NCBI GenBank assembly: GCA_951406725.2
Contig: OX597827.1
Span: forward strand, 67,394,001 to 67,458,000
Direction of reading: 5' to 3'
Origin: Octopus vulgaris
Taxonomy: Eukaryota
Length of the DNA stretch: 64,000 nucleotides
Under the pieces are notes generated by a model. That model was not told the origin of the DNA, did not search any database, and saw nothing but the letters and a program-made list of their open reading frames with translations. Every line of letters begins with the position of its first letter. Positions within the stretch are counted from its first letter, which is position 1. Positions 13,143 through 26,752 of this stretch are shown here, piece by piece. The position numbers and the translations under genes are program-made.

Positions 13143-13194
<52 letters not shown>

Positions 13195-13444
13195 TAGTTT
13201 TTTCCGAATTTATTTAAATGTGTATAGTTACATGTGTTCTGATTTTCATATCCTTTATTGTTGTGTTCAAAAACATGTTTTTTACAATGTTGAAGTATGT
13301 TAAACATTAAAAAAATTATTTTTTAGTCTTCCCAAAGTTCAATAAGCGCTTTCCTACGTTCACAGTAAACATCAAATTTCTAAATATATCAACTGATAGT
13401 AGAATTGAGAGCTTGACAACTGCAGTAAAATAACTAACTTATTC

Positions 13445-13517
<73 letters not shown>

Positions 13518-13619
13518 CTGAAAGAGAAAGGGTGAGAGTGAGAGATCGCAAACGGCTAGAGTCTGTTGGGTGTGCATTTGGTGGTATTTCCAGAGAAGCA
13601 CTCAACCCCAATACTGGGC

Positions 13620-13983
13620 TATCAACAATGTCGGAATACTTTTGGTGTAGAAAATCCGAGTTTCACGACAGTTTTATACTAATATGATTGGGCAAAGAGT
13701 AAATAATCCAATCAAAAGAAAAAACATTCAAAGTAAACCTCACACATGGTTCCAGCAAGATGAGGCAACTGCTCATATCGCAAGGCACACAATGTTGTTG
13801 TTACGGCAGTACTTTGGAGAGAGAATAATCAACTTCTACAGCAATGTCGACTGGCCTTTACGTTCCCCAGACTTGAGTAGCCCAGATATTTTCTTGTGGG
13901 GATACCTGAATGAGAAGGTTTACGCCAAGTAACTTGAGACCCTGGTGCAGCTGAAGTAGAACATCAAGAGTAAAATCAGAGAA
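13620..13983 (+). pseudogene. Tc1/mariner-superfamily transposase fragment (catalytic C-terminal half)
   Basis: WFQQDEATAH...WPLRSPDLSSPDIFLWGYLNEKVY, followed by stops. Same family as 30101-30872. Confidence 0.85.
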
Positions 13984-14677
13984 TCTTTTACAACGAATGG
14001 GCTTATAATAAAGTTTATAAAGAACTTAGAGACAGTCTGCATGTTTTGTTGAGGTTTAATATTTCTGTAACTGACAATGAAGTCTCACGGTTACCGTATA
14101 TATATATAAATAATCATTGGTTCGACCATTCATACATATATACATACATACATGCATACATGCATGTATGTATGTATGTATGTATTTATGTATGGATGTA
14201 TGTTCAAAATGTAAATTTGAAATTTTTATCTACATTTGATGCATAAATGCATTGGAAATGCCGTCCAAATTTCCAGCATGGAACTCGTTCTGAAAATGTC
14301 ATATCATTAAATAATGTATACTTCAGTACCCCAAATGCAATTATTTATTACTGTTGGAGTATCCTGAATGAATCTTAATTTAGATCCCTTACATAACAAC
14401 TACAGCCAAATGCATACAAAGAAAAATATACGAATAAATATGCTTATAAAAGACTACTAAATTTTTATCTATTTCCTATTCATGGAAGTGAAGACGCCAT
14501 ATTTGCTGTGATGTTGAATATGTACATGTGAGTAAATTCGTGTATCTGTGACTTTGTATGTATCCTCGCATGGATCTGTGTTTTATTTTTTAAATTTGTT
14601 TTTCGATGACTAGTAAGTGGTTAGTCAGTTGCTTGAGATAAATGCATAAAAGACAGAAAAGTATGCTCCATTTTCTA

Positions 14678-15046
14678 ATTACCTCCGCCTTAGCGAAGGC
14701 GAGGGTTTTGTTTTCAGTCGGGTTTGTTTGTTTCTCCGCGGATAAGATATCTCAAGAACCGCTGAATGTGTTCGGATGGAGCTTTCAGGAATGTTTGGAG
14801 TCCTGAATGGCACGAACTGATTAGATCTTGGGATCGATCCAGTACAGGACACGGATTCTGGATTATTCTTCCGGCTTTTTTTTCCTTAATTTTTGAGAGC
14901 GGTCGGTTTCATTTTTAGTACTCTCGTTTCTGAGAGCAGTCCACTTTATTTCAGATATTTTCATTTTAAGAATCATCTCCGGCTGATAGTCGAGAGGACG
15001 TTAGTGTTGCCTTGTCGGAGGCTTTCTCTCTTTGAGTGATCTTGTT
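14678..15046 (+). mobile_element. Non-autonomous Helentron-associated (HINE/DINE-like) element
   Basis: 5' ATTACCTCCGCC with a hairpin, (GTTT)n, 3' subterminal CCTTGTCGGAGG, a short hairpin and a CTTGTT end. A second copy is at 39223-39598 (-). Confidence 0.6.
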
Positions 15047-15266
15047 TTAATGTATTTCTATTTCCTAATTGTCTTGTGAATTCCAAATAGGAAATCCGGG
15101 ATGTGCGGAAATTTCTGATTCATTACGCCGAATATATTTTTCTGTATACTCTATCAGATCTTAAGTAATTTTCAGCTGTTCGTTAGCGTAAATTTAAAAC
15201 GTGACAAACTGACGTCTATTTAATGTATATATGTGAGTCAGGTCACGTGTATCTTTGTGTGTGTGA

Positions 15267-15296
<30 letters not shown>

Positions 15297-15301
<5 letters not shown>

Positions 15302-15540
15302 AAATTTATATATATAAGGATAAGATCGATATTTAAATACCGATCTTATCAGGTGGCCAGCATGGGAATAAAAAAATTTCCAAGGTAATAATTATTTAAA
15401 ATTATAATTTAGGGTATATAAATATAGCCTAAATTCATACACCTGGTGCTGTATGAACATTTAACGTGGTTTTAGAGTCAAGTTTTGACTGCTATTTCCA
15501 GCGTGGAGGTATCTCTTAGAAACCCTAAATTATAATTATA
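15297..15540. mobile_element. Short fold-back PLE-like insert in (TA)n
   Basis: 16-bp inverted arms AATTATAATTTAGGGT (15400-15415) and ACCCTAAATTATAATT (15522-15537), a GACTGCTATTTC motif, and TA tracts on both sides. Confidence 0.5.
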
Positions 15541-15548
15541 TATATATA

Positions 15549-15597
<49 letters not shown>

Positions 15598-15600
<3 letters not shown>

Positions 15601-15900
15601 TAGAAAAAACACCTTTTATCATTTCAATAATGAAAAATTAAATTACACCATCTAGAGAATTACATATAGAAAGATTAAATATAAGATAAAACATATAACG
15701 GTGTTTTAATCTTTCTATAATATGTAATTTTCTAGATGGTGTAATTTAATTTTTCATTATTGAATTGATAAAAGGTGGGGTTTTTTTCTAATATATATAT
15801 ATATATATATATTATATTTTGTGAAATTTGATTCAGTATTTCTAAATTGAATTTTTCCCTGTAAGTTTGGAATAATATTCCCTCATATTATTATTATTAT
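15598..15900. mobile_element. Fold-back PLE-like insert (same family as 51238-51737)
   Basis: Inverted arms at about 15600-15678 and 15706-15792. The tail TTTTTCCCTGTAAGTTTGG..CCCT (15820-15900) matches the reverse complement of 51250-51290. Confidence 0.65.
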
Positions 15901-16345
15901 TATATATGATATATATATATTGTATATCTATATCTATATCTATCTATGTGTGTGTGCGTGTATGTATATTTCAGCTTATAAGTTACTATCAGATAATTTG
16001 CTGATAGCGAGCAAGCTGAAACTTTGAAATTACAGTCCACACTACTATTTTTGATAATTAATAATCTTCGTGGCGATGAATGATACATCGTTGTAATATT
16101 GAATCAACTATAATTCACATACAAAGTTTATGCATTTATCTGTGCGTGCGTGAGGGTGTGTGTGTGTGTATGTGTGTGTGTGCGTGCGTATGTGTGTTTG
16201 TGTATGCTTATGTAAGTGCGCACGCATGTATGCGACTGTGGTTGTGTGAATATGTATGTAAATATTAAAATATATATACGTACACGTATACTCATGTATA
16301 TGCGTATATGTGTGTGCATGTGTGTGTCTGTATATGTCTGTATAC

Positions 16346-16387
<42 letters not shown>

Positions 16388-17050
16388 GTGTGTGTGTTGT
16401 CTGTGTGTCTCTGTGTGTGTGTGTGTCTCTGTGTGTGTGTGTGTGTGTATGTGAACGTAAATACTTATTCAGACGCACACAAACACACACATATATATAT
16501 AGGCAATAATACAGAAGAATACATACTCAGATATTCTCAGGGATAGGCACATATACAGCCATGAATACAGTCATACGTAGAAATCAGCATATACAAATGG
16601 ATATATATATATACATACATACATAGCATACATGCATAGCATACATACATGTAGACATATAAAGGATATCGAAACACCGAATCAGGAAACACAGACACAC
16701 ATTAATCATCATTTTTCCGCAAGCTACCAACTATCGCTAATAGAAGTTGAAATATTTTCATAACTAACCTCGTTACAGAGATAGGGTCAGATATTTTAGA
16801 ACCGACAGAAATATGCATGGATATTATGAGTTTTAATATTTAACAATCCCATCGATATTACAATAATCGGTGGGAAATGTAAAAGTCGAACAGGCAGCTT
16901 TCTCAGGGCAGATTCATGCATCTTCATTTAAGTCTATTGTACATTATATAATGTATATATAGTATATATAAAATAATATATAATATATATAAAAAATGTA
17001 GGTATATGTCTAGTATATCAGAAGTATGAATCTATCTATCTATTTATCAT

Positions 17051-17081
<31 letters not shown>

Positions 17082-17230
17082 GTCTCTCTATCTATCTATC
17101 TATCTATCTGTATATATATATACGCAGTTGAAATTTACAGAAAGACAAAAGATGAAACAGGTGTATAAACAACAAGCAGGTGTATTACTTTGACATACAC
17201 ATATATCGATATACACGTACAGCTATAAAC

Positions 17231-17274
<44 letters not shown>

Positions 17275-17280
<6 letters not shown>

Positions 17281-17475
17281 TATATAGAAGGAGCTTCTAC
17301 AGGACTAGAACTGTTTCATTCAAGAGAAATCTTCAGGAAGCTTCCTGAAGATTTCTCTTGAATGAAACAGTTCTAGTCCTGTAGAAGCTCCTTCTATATA
17401 ATAAATTAATTTTACTCTGCTATGTATTGAGTACCTTATTTACTGTGGTTAACCCCGAATCAACCCGGGACCTAC
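17275..17475. mobile_element. Perfect-palindrome PLE-like insert in (TA)n
   Basis: Spacerless perfect palindrome centred at 17340/17341 (arms about 66 bp), plus a unique tail of about 70 bp into (TA)n. Confidence 0.7.
17339..17389 (+). ncRNA. Type I hammerhead motif (mirror copy on the minus strand at 17292-17342)
   Basis: AGCTTC CTGAAGA TTTC-tctt-GAAT GAA ACAG-ttctagtc-CTGT A GAAGCT: 6-bp stem I, 4-bp stem III, GUA site. The 10.1-11.1 pair is a U-U mismatch. Confidence 0.7.
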
Positions 17476-17487
17476 ATATATATATAC

Positions 17488-17568
<81 letters not shown>

Positions 17569-17634
17569 GCTATGATAATAAACTCTATAAAATATAAGTA
17601 TATTTGCAGTATATCTAAAGTATGAATATATCTT

Positions 17635-17716
<82 letters not shown>

Positions 17717-17784
17717 GCTCATACAGCTATAGATAAATATGTATATATGTATACGTACGAATATATATATATATATATATATAT

Positions 17785-17823
<39 letters not shown>

Positions 17824-18143
17824 CATACATATATACATATAAATATATATACACATACTTACAGGTGGAAAGATATGTATATGTGTGTATATGTGAGTGT
17901 TTTTGTATGTATGTGTGTGTGCGTGTGTATATGTGTATATATGTGTCTGTGTGTCAGTGTAAGTAATAGGTGAATTGGGTTGATTTTGTCATCGTAGATA
18001 ATTGCGTACTAATGAGACGAGTGGACAAATACCTTAGCTTCCGGGAAATCATATGACAGGTGTATATGAATATATCCATATATATATATATATGAGTACA
18101 TACATGTGTGCACGTGTTTGTGTGTATGTGTGTATTTGTGCGC

Positions 18144-18179
<36 letters not shown>

Positions 18180-18662
18180 ATGTATATTTATATCATATCT
18201 TATTGACTCAAAAGGCTTGCAATATTTCGGTAATCTATGTTCTTCAGTCATCAAATTACCACAAAAGCAACTTAGGCATCGTATTCCATCATCTGAATCC
18301 ACCTTTCTGCCATTTCTTTGAGCCCACGCTGACACCAGTTCTCATCTCTGGAGACGTAGAACCCCTTCACTGAAGATTCCACCTCCTTTTAGGGAGTCAT
18401 GAATTAGGTCAAGTAAGTCACGATTTAGGACAAGTGAGTCATGAATTAGGACAAGTAATAATCCTTTCTACTGTAGTCGATTACATCGACCCCTGTGCGT
18501 AACTGGTTGTTATATAATGCCCCCCCACCCCGAAAGAATGAAAGGTGATGTCGACCTCAGTGGATTTTGAACTCAGAACGCAGCGATGGACGAAATTCCG
18601 CTAAGCATTTCGCCCAGCGTGCTAACGATTCTGCCAGTTCGCAGCCTTAATTCAAAACAGAT

Positions 18663-18925
18663 AATAATCCGTGGGAACTACGTCCGGTAAATAAGCTGGG
18701 TGCGGAATTTGAAGTCTATTTCAGGTCGTTCGAGTGTTATGAGCTCTTGAGTTGTCTTACTGCCGACGAGCTCTCTGTTAATATATGACAAGGGCTGTTG
18801 CCGTACATTGGCTTACATTTTCTCCAGCTGTTCGGAGCACATGTTGACACCGATGGTTCAACCGTCAGGAACGAACCTCTGATAAATTATCCCTTTATGA
18901 TTCCACCAAACCCAGAACACCATTT
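18663..18925 (-). pseudogene. Decayed mariner transposase fragment
   Basis: The minus strand gives MVFWVWWNHKGIIY...EQLEKM...DNSRAH...IPHPAYLPDVVPTDYY, with stops and frameshifts. Confidence 0.7.
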
Positions 18926-19142
18926 TGTGTTCGAAACGTTTATGCCAGGCGACAGTTTGCGGAAGCTGGCGTGTGAATTATCCCTTCATAATTACACCGG
19001 GCTCAGAGCATTCGTCTTGGAATCTGGCCTGGAAACCATCCCGCCATAATTCAATCAAACCCGGAGCATCATCTTGTGTGAAACCTCCATGTAATGCAAC
19101 AGTTTCCGGAATCTAGCGCTTTAGGATTGCAGAAAAATGTTT

Positions 19143-19412
19143 CCTTCCGACTACAACTTGTTCCGATCCATGGCTCACTTTCCGCACGCACGACACTTCA
19201 TCAGCGGACAAGGGGTGGAAGCTTCAGTCAAAGAGTTATTTACCTTGAAGGACAAGAACAACTGTCACTATAAGACGAAAGAACTGGTAGAAAGATGGCT
19301 TCAGATGGTGTAACACAATGGACTCTACTCTAATGATCGGCTGCTTTTGTTCTAACTTGACGAATATAGCAAATAAGTTACCAAATAGTGTGAAACTTTA
19401 GACTAAGCACAA
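19143..19412 (+). pseudogene. Decayed mariner transposase C-terminus and right end
   Basis: PSDYNLFRSMAHF...KELVERWLQMV*HNGLY, followed by a TIR-like GAAACTTTAGACTAAGCACAATA. Confidence 0.7.
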
Positions 19413-19943
19413 TATTGAATATTCATACATAAAACAGAGAGGGAGATGAAACTGAGATTTAAATGCTTGTATTATTGTGTGCACAAGATGTTTGCCCTCG
19501 CGTTGTTCGGGTTCAGTATCGCTCTGCATCTACTAGGACAGAGTAACTTACTAAAACTTCGCACTAACTTGCAACGCTTCACCGTTATTTGATACTCAGC
19601 AAATGAACTACTTTTCTGTCGCATGTGTACGTATGTGTATTTGTGTGTGTATATGTGTATCAGTAAACCACAGCTATGTCTCGGTTTGATCATTTTGATT
19701 ACTGCATTTTCCTTATCTGCTTATTAGAAGCTTTTAGCATTCGGTCTTATTCTTCTGTGCTTCCCATCTCAATTGCAAACAAATGCTATACATCGTAATC
19801 TTTACAGAGCACAATAGATTAAAGATAGCGAATTCGTCCTCCAGTGAATCTTACGCAATCTAATGTTTAATTATTGTTTTCTTTTTGTATCTATTCGTCT
19901 TCAACATGATGAATATTTTTTCAAACAATGTTAGGCAAAATTA

Positions 19944-20357
19944 ATAGGCGCAGGAGTGGCTGTGTGGTAAATAGCTTGCTTAAAAACTACATGGTTCTGG
20001 GGTCAGTCCCACTGCGTGGCACCTTGGAAAAGTGTCTTCTACTATAGCCTCGGGCCGACCAAAGTCTTGTGAGTGGATTTGGTAGATGGAAACTGAAAGA
20101 ATCTCGTCGTATATATGTATATATATGTAGGTATACGTGTGTATATGCTTGTGTGTTTGAGTTTGCCCCCTCCCCCCACTTCAACATCGCGTGGTAACTG
20201 ATGCTGGTGTATTTACGTCCCCGTAACTTAGCTGTTCGGCAAAAGAGACCGATAGAATAAGTACTAGACTTACAAAGTATAAGTCCTGAGGTCGATTTGC
20301 TCGACTAAAGGCGGTGCTCCAGCAAAGCTGCAATCAAATGACTGAAACAAGTAAAAG
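19944..20357 (+). mobile_element. SINE family A
   Basis: Colinear with 1113-1533. Confidence 0.88.
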
Positions 20358-20605
20358 CGTATAATATCTACATGTACTGTATGTATGTATGTATGTATGT
20401 ATATGTGTGTGTGTATGTGTAGTATTTGTGTGTGGAGGCGAAATGCCTCAGTGGTTAGGGCAGAGGAATCGGGGTCGTAGGATCGAGGTTTCGATTTCCA
20501 GACCGCAGGGGGGGGGGGCGAACCCTGTTGTATTCTTTCACCGCACTCTCTGTCTGTCTGTCTGTCTTCCTATTTCTGTTGTACTTGTATTCGAAGGGGG
20601 TCGGG

Positions 20606-20663
<58 letters not shown>

Positions 20664-21019
20664 TCTACACGCTCACACATACGTAGAACCTAAGCATGAA
20701 TGAGCTAGACTCGTTTCCAGAGGCCCAGGTGCAAACAGTCGAATCAAGCTGATACTACAAAATATACATACATACATACTTACATACTTACTTACATATA
20801 TGTGTATGCATGTATGTATGCGTGTATGTATGTATGTATGTATGTATGTATACAAACAATATTAATACAACTCGACAACTATATGAAGATGGTAAATATA
20901 TAAAAACATTTGCACAGCATTGGCATAACGTTAGAATATGTGACATCTCAATATTGTATAAGTCATCTTTTCAAACAATTAAAGATCGATCGGTGAACGA
21001 AATAAATTCAAACATTTAG

Positions 21020-21900
21020 CGGTTGTCTTAGCAACAACTACTCATTTCAAATTTCCAAATTTTGCATTTGTTCTCTCCGTTCCATGTAAAAATTCTTTTG
21101 CCAGCGCCACTATCGCTCCACGCTTTATCTTCGCTCGCAATGCTCCATTCAAATCTACGAGTTCAAGTTATTTATTATACTTATCTACTTGACGTCAGCC
21201 ATAAGCAATTTTGTCTCCTGGTGCTAGTTCTGTTCCTTGACAATTAACACGTCTATCCGTCTATCATCTTTTATTATTAACAAAATTATTTCTAACGTGA
21301 GAAATCATTATTAACATAGAATAGAACATTTCCAAGTGCATTTGTAAACGCCAGATTTTATATATATATATATCTTTTGTTTTCGTTTGTTTCTTTATGT
21401 TTTTCTTTCTAACAGAAATTGAGAGCCAAAACGATAAAGTTAATTTCTTTTCCGTCGTTATCAATGAGCTTAAGATTGTACGCAAACAAAATGTTGCTGA
21501 ACTCAGCACCTGAAGCTCGCTCTCAATTCCAGTCTCTTATACGGCCATTAATAGTGGAATTACGGCAATAATGGAAAGAGTCGGGAAATAGATTCCCCTT
21601 GGAATACTTACAGGATATTTGCCACTTGCATATAAATTACTTTTCCACCATGGTCCACTTGATAACATCAGTTAATTCAAACTGTTGGCAATATCAAACA
21701 TCTTGAGGGCTTCGATAATCCAGTTGTGTGCTAACAAATCATATTCTTTCCGGAAATCAATCGAAGCCATGCATGTACTCGTCAATCTTCATGTTCAATT
21801 TCTCATCAAATATCTTTCAATCAATAAACGATCTTTTGTTCCTTTCACCTCTTTTACTATCGTCTCTTTTCTTATTCAAGTGGAAAAGTGCTTATCCTTT
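21020..21900 (-). pseudogene. R4/Dong-like LINE reverse transcriptase relic
   Basis: KGTKDRLLIE...MASIDFRKEYDLLAHNWIIEALKMF...IFQGESIS...NILFAYNLKL (decayed GTKDQLL, WIDYKKAYD, QGDSLS and YMDDLKL motifs). Confidence 0.75.
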
Positions 21901-22391
21901 AACAGACAAAACGTATGTGTTTTTAAAAGAACACGATGTTAGCAATTTCCAAAGACAGTTCAGATATGAAATTAGTTAACAGCAATGGTAGTTACGCTGG
22001 TGCTGGTGCTGGTTGGTACTGGTGACGTTTGGGAGTGTTCAGCGTGATTGTCGTTATTGTATTTGTATTAGTGATTGTAGTATTACTAATATTTGTAGTA
22101 GAAATCCTGACAGCGTTTCTACTATTATTAATGACGGTTTGTTGTTGTTGTTGGTGGTGGTGGTGGTGGCGGCGGCGTTCGTGGTCGTGGTTGATGTCGG
22201 ACACATGCAAGCGAACGGAACAGGAGTCGCAGACATCGTTAAGCTCTCAAGAAAAATCTATTCATTGAAGAAATTTTAGTCGCAATCTCTGCCGTGGCGA
22301 GTTCAATTCTTAGCAGACGTTTCATTTGTTTTGTCCTTTTCACTTATACCAAAGATAAATTGTGCTCCATTCCACATGATGCAACTCTATG

Positions 22392-22446
<55 letters not shown>

Positions 22447-22475
22447 TAACATACACATACAGATATAAATCCCTT

Positions 22476-22509
<34 letters not shown>

Positions 22510-23198
22510 GATATTTTTATGTAAGATTAAATGTTATGGGGATCACTGTGCGAAGGAAAATAGTCTGAACAGTAGCCTGCGATATACACCTCGCTTTATG
22601 ATTTACTACTTCCGACTTTCCGCTCTCGCTATGAAACATGTGTAGCTCAAATCTATCTTCTCCATTCCGTAACTGTTGTATATATATATATACATATATA
22701 CTAAAAATTTTTGTACATCGAGTAAAAGGAGAGGTGCTATCATATGATCGCATCTGGTAGCCGATCCTCGGAGAGAAGATATAGAAAGCAGATTATGAGC
22801 TTATTACCCGGATACATACAGTTAAACACACACACATACACACGCATAAATGTATGCATGCAAAATGAGGAGTTGGAGAAAACTAGATATATGTGTCCTT
22901 CTTGGGTTTCTTAATCTTAATACAATTAGTGCTATGTGGAATGCATTATTGTCAAGCTTATCGTTTCTATTACTATTAAGGTGTTGAAATAACAGCTTCA
23001 AAAGAACCGCGAGAAATATGTATTGAGGTATTATTTCTCCGGATTCTTAAGTTCTTACTTCAAGTCTGACAAAAGCAGCTTTGTTTCTGGCAGAGCTTAT
23101 CGAACGTTCCAAGTTTGCTAGAATAAAGTTCCCTCAAATATAAGGGCTGATATAATTGACTAATACCTACCTTAATCTCAAGCTTTGTCCCTCAATTA

Positions 23199-23763
23199 TT
23201 GGGTTGTCCGGAAAGCTCGTGCCGATTTATAGTTTCTTAGCTTTCGATATATTTTAGAACATGTTTGAGTCCATAAAATAGGATTTGACTACACCTCCAT
23301 TTAGAACACTGTTTAAGCTATCTTTTTATGGAAGAAGATTTATGTTCCTATAACCTATGTTAATTGTCTAACCCTTTAAAATGGAAAATAAGAAAGTTCC
23401 TTTTCCGCACTTGATGATTTGAGAACCAGACAAAAATTGCTGCAGCTCGACTGGGATGAGTTACCCCACCCTCCATATTCACCAGATATTGCTCCTTCGG
23501 ATTTCCACTTATTCAGGTCTCTGCAGAATAGTCTTAATGGTAAAAATTTCAATTCCTTGGATGACGCAAAAAGATACCTTGATGAATTCTTTGCCCTGAA
23601 ACCACCTCAATTCTGGGAAAAGGGTATTTTCAAGTTAAAGGAAAGATGGAGACGCATTTTGCAACAAAATGATTCATACTTGGTTCATTAAATTGTAATG
23701 GCAAGTATTTATTGACCAATTTCTTTCCTTTAAAAATCGGCATGAACTTTCCGGACAACCCAG
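23199..23763 (+). mobile_element. Internally deleted mariner (mellifera-like) with TIRs and TA target site duplication
   Basis: TA|TTGGGTTGTCCGGAAAG...CTTTCCGGACAACCCAG|TA. The ATG at 23381 (MENKKVPFPHLM) is joined to the C-terminal LPHPPYSPDIAPSDFHLFRSLQNSL..GIFKLKERW. Confidence 0.93.
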
Positions 23764-24011
23764 TAAAAAGAAACATTACTGGAGAGATGGACCGGCAAAA
23801 TCAGTATAAAAGATAAGAAATGCTTAAAATATTTGTTCCGACTCTTTACACACTGATTGCAAAATTCTGTCGAAGTCAGCTCTGTCGTTTATCACTTCGT
23901 GGTCGATAGAATTGTAACTTGGATTTGATATTATCGGCTAGCTACCCTCACTCAAATTTCATGTCATTTGCTTATAGCCGAAATACTTGTTGTTGGTGTT
24001 GTTGTTGTTAT

Positions 24012-24244
24012 TAAGACGGCCAGCTCGCAGAATCGTTGGCACGTTGGACAAAACGCTTAGCAGTATTTCGTCCATTGCTATGTTCTGGGCTCAAATTCCG
24101 CTGAGGTCGACTTTGCCTTTCATCCTTTTTGGGGGCCTATATATTAAGTACCAGTTGCGTACTGAGGTTGATCTAATTGACTATCTCCCTCCTCCTAAAT
24201 ATCAGGCCTTGTGCCTAGAATAGAAAGGATTACTCTCATTATTA

Positions 24245-24310
<66 letters not shown>

Positions 24311-24500
24311 AGGCGGTGAGATGCCAGAATCGTTAGCACAGCGGGCAAAATGCTTAGCGGTATTTCGTCTACCGCTACGTTTTGAGTTCAAATTTCGCCG
24401 AAGTCCACGTCGCCTTTCATCCTTTCGAGGACGATTAAAGAAGTACCAGCTACGCACTGGTGTTGATGCAATCGACTTAATCCCTTCCCCGAAGCTGCCC
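24012..24500 (+). mobile_element. Two SINE family B (Meta-domain-like) copies separated by (GTA)n
   Basis: AAGGCGGYGAGCTGGCAGAA head, GAGTTCAAATT B box, and core GAGGTCGACTTTGCCTTTCATCCTTTCGGGGTCGATAAATTAAGTACCAG resembling the MetaSINE Meta domain. Confidence 0.8.
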
Positions 24501-24529
24501 TTGTGGAAAACAATTTTAAACCATTAAAA

Positions 24530-24793
24530 TGATTATTATTCTTATTATTATTATTCTATGTTTGACTTTTGCTTTATATTTGTACAAGTTGGCTCCAAGT
24601 CTCACCCAGAGACCTCATGAGACAACAGGTTGGAAGTTCACGTTGTTGTTATGCCTAGTGTGCCATATATTTGGTTGTTTTTTTGTGTTGTACTAGTGGA
24701 TGTCTAAAAAAAAAAATGTTTGTTTTAAACCTTGAGATTACATAGAAAGTGTTTTGCGTAGGATATGAGCAGTTCCCATGAGCACTACTTTTT
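24530..24793 (-). mobile_element. R4/Dong-like LINE 3' end with (TAA)n tail
   Basis: The minus strand gives KVVLMGTAHILRKTLSM* (typical LLGTARILRKVL C-terminus), then a 3' UTR and (TAA)n. Confidence 0.75.
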
Positions 24794-24894
24794 ATCGGTG
24801 ATCGATTCTATTTATGTTGTACATAATTCTTGTTCTACGAATGGTAACTCTTCATAAAAATCTGAAACCACAATTATTCCTTTTATTGAAAACA

Positions 24895-25280
24895 AATGGT
24901 CTGAAATTTTGCGGCGAGGGTGGGGGTCTAGTCGATTACATCGACCCCGGCGTTCCATTGGTACTTTATTTATTGAACTCGAAAGGATGAAAGACAAAGT
25001 CAACCTCGCCCGAATTTGAACCGAGGACGTGAACACAGACGAAATACTTATTTCTTTGCTACCCACAAGGGGCTAAACACAGAGAGGACAAACAAGGGCA
25101 GACAAACGGATTAAGTCGATTATATCGGTCCCAGTGCGTAACTGGTACTTATTTAATCGACCCGGAAAGGATGAAAGGCAAAGTCGAACTCGGCGGAATT
25201 TGAACTGAGAACGTGAACACAGACGAAATACCGCTAAGCATTTCGCCCGACGTACTAACGACTCTGCCAGCTCACCGCCT
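24895..25280 (-). mobile_element. SINE family B dimer
   Basis: Head plus two tandem body units. Confidence 0.8.
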
Positions 25281-25647
25281 GAAACCATGAAGATTGATTC
25301 CAAATTTCATTTCAAAATTTCGCACAAAGCCAGCAATTTCAGGGTAGGTGTAAGTTGATGACATCAACATCTGTGTTCAACTGGTACGAATTTTATTGAT
25401 TCCGAAAGAATAAAGGCCAAAGTTGGCCTCAGCGAAATTTGAACTCAGAACTTAAGGAAGGATGAAATGCCGCTAAGCATATCTTGTATGAATATTAACG
25501 ATGAGAATTAATAGTCGTTTTAAACTTAGATACAAGACTAGCAATATATCATCGAAACGCGTGAAACGGACGTACTCCCTTTATGGGCTTCTTATTTTAA
25601 GCAATCTATATCTCAAATTCACTAGGCTTATAGAAACTTACTAAGAA

Positions 25648-25884
25648 ATCGCAAGTTTACGAGATACACTACAAAACCGGCCCGGGTTTCTGGTCAACGA
25701 ACGACCACACGACTACGTTAAGTACTTTAGTCTCTGCGTTGCCTTGAAATATTCCAAAGATACCATCGTAAGTTTACGGGATGCACTACAAAACCGTCCT
25801 GGGTTTCTGGTCAAGAAACGACCATACGACTATGTTAAGTATTTTAATCACTACGTTGCTTTGAAATATTCCAAAGATACAATC
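25648..25884. repeat. Tandem duplication, 2 x 117 bp
   Basis: ATCG(C/T)AAGTTTACG...TTGAAATATTCCAAAGATAC starts at 25648 and 25765. Confidence 0.9.
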
Positions 25885-26358
25885 TTTGTTTCGTGTATCT
25901 CCTTTACTTCTCCAAAGTCAAATGCACTTTTCTTTAATCGTCTAACACTGAAAACAGTCTGTTGCATTTAAAGAGAAGAAAAAAATCTAATTAACGACGT
26001 GTATAATAAGGAATGTTTATCATGTAATTCTCGCTGAGAAGCTTTCCACAATGTTATGAGTGAGCCAATTGCTGAACACCCAATGAATACCGATTAGGTT
26101 TGGGAATTCCGAGTGGCGGCTTATGGCCAATATCAAAAGTAGAGTACATTGTAAAGAGCTTGAAAATGTCGTTCAACATATACATTGTCTGGCATTTTCT
26201 ACGTTTTTGCCTTGTATATATATTATATATATTTTCATTTTTATATACTGTACATATGTGCGTGCACAACATACGCATATGCGTGTAATGTTTGGAGAAG
26301 CCTTAACCATCTTTTCTTTAGTTACTACATCTATTGACTTGTATTTGATATTCTCTTA

Positions 26359-26752
26359 TATAGGCGCAGGAGTGGCTGTGTGGTAAGTAACTTGCTTACC
26401 AACCACATGGTTCCGGGTTCTGGGCAAGTGTCTTCTACTATAGCCTCGGGTCGACCAAAGCCCTTGAGTGGATTTGGTAGACGGAAACTGAAAAAAGCTC
26501 GTCGTATATATGTATATGTATATGTATGTGTGTGTGTTTCTATGTCTGTGTTTGCCCCCCCCCCCCCCGCCCCAACATCGCTTGACAACCGATGCTGGTA
26601 TGTTTACGTCGCCGTCACTTAGCGGTTCGGCAAAAGGGCCCGATAGATTAAGTACTAGGCTTACAAAGAATAAGTCTTGGGGTCGATTTGCTCGATTAAA
26701 GGCGGTGCTCCAGCATGACTACAGTCAAATGACTGAAACAAGTAAAAGAGTA
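26359..26752 (+). mobile_element. SINE family A (small deletion after B box; extra tail copy at 26945-27015)
   Basis: Colinear with 1113-1533. Confidence 0.88.

Noticed and set aside
23419-23691. SETMAR or an active mariner transposase gene
   Set aside because: Only the C-terminal part remains, inside a 565-bp internally deleted element with TIRs.
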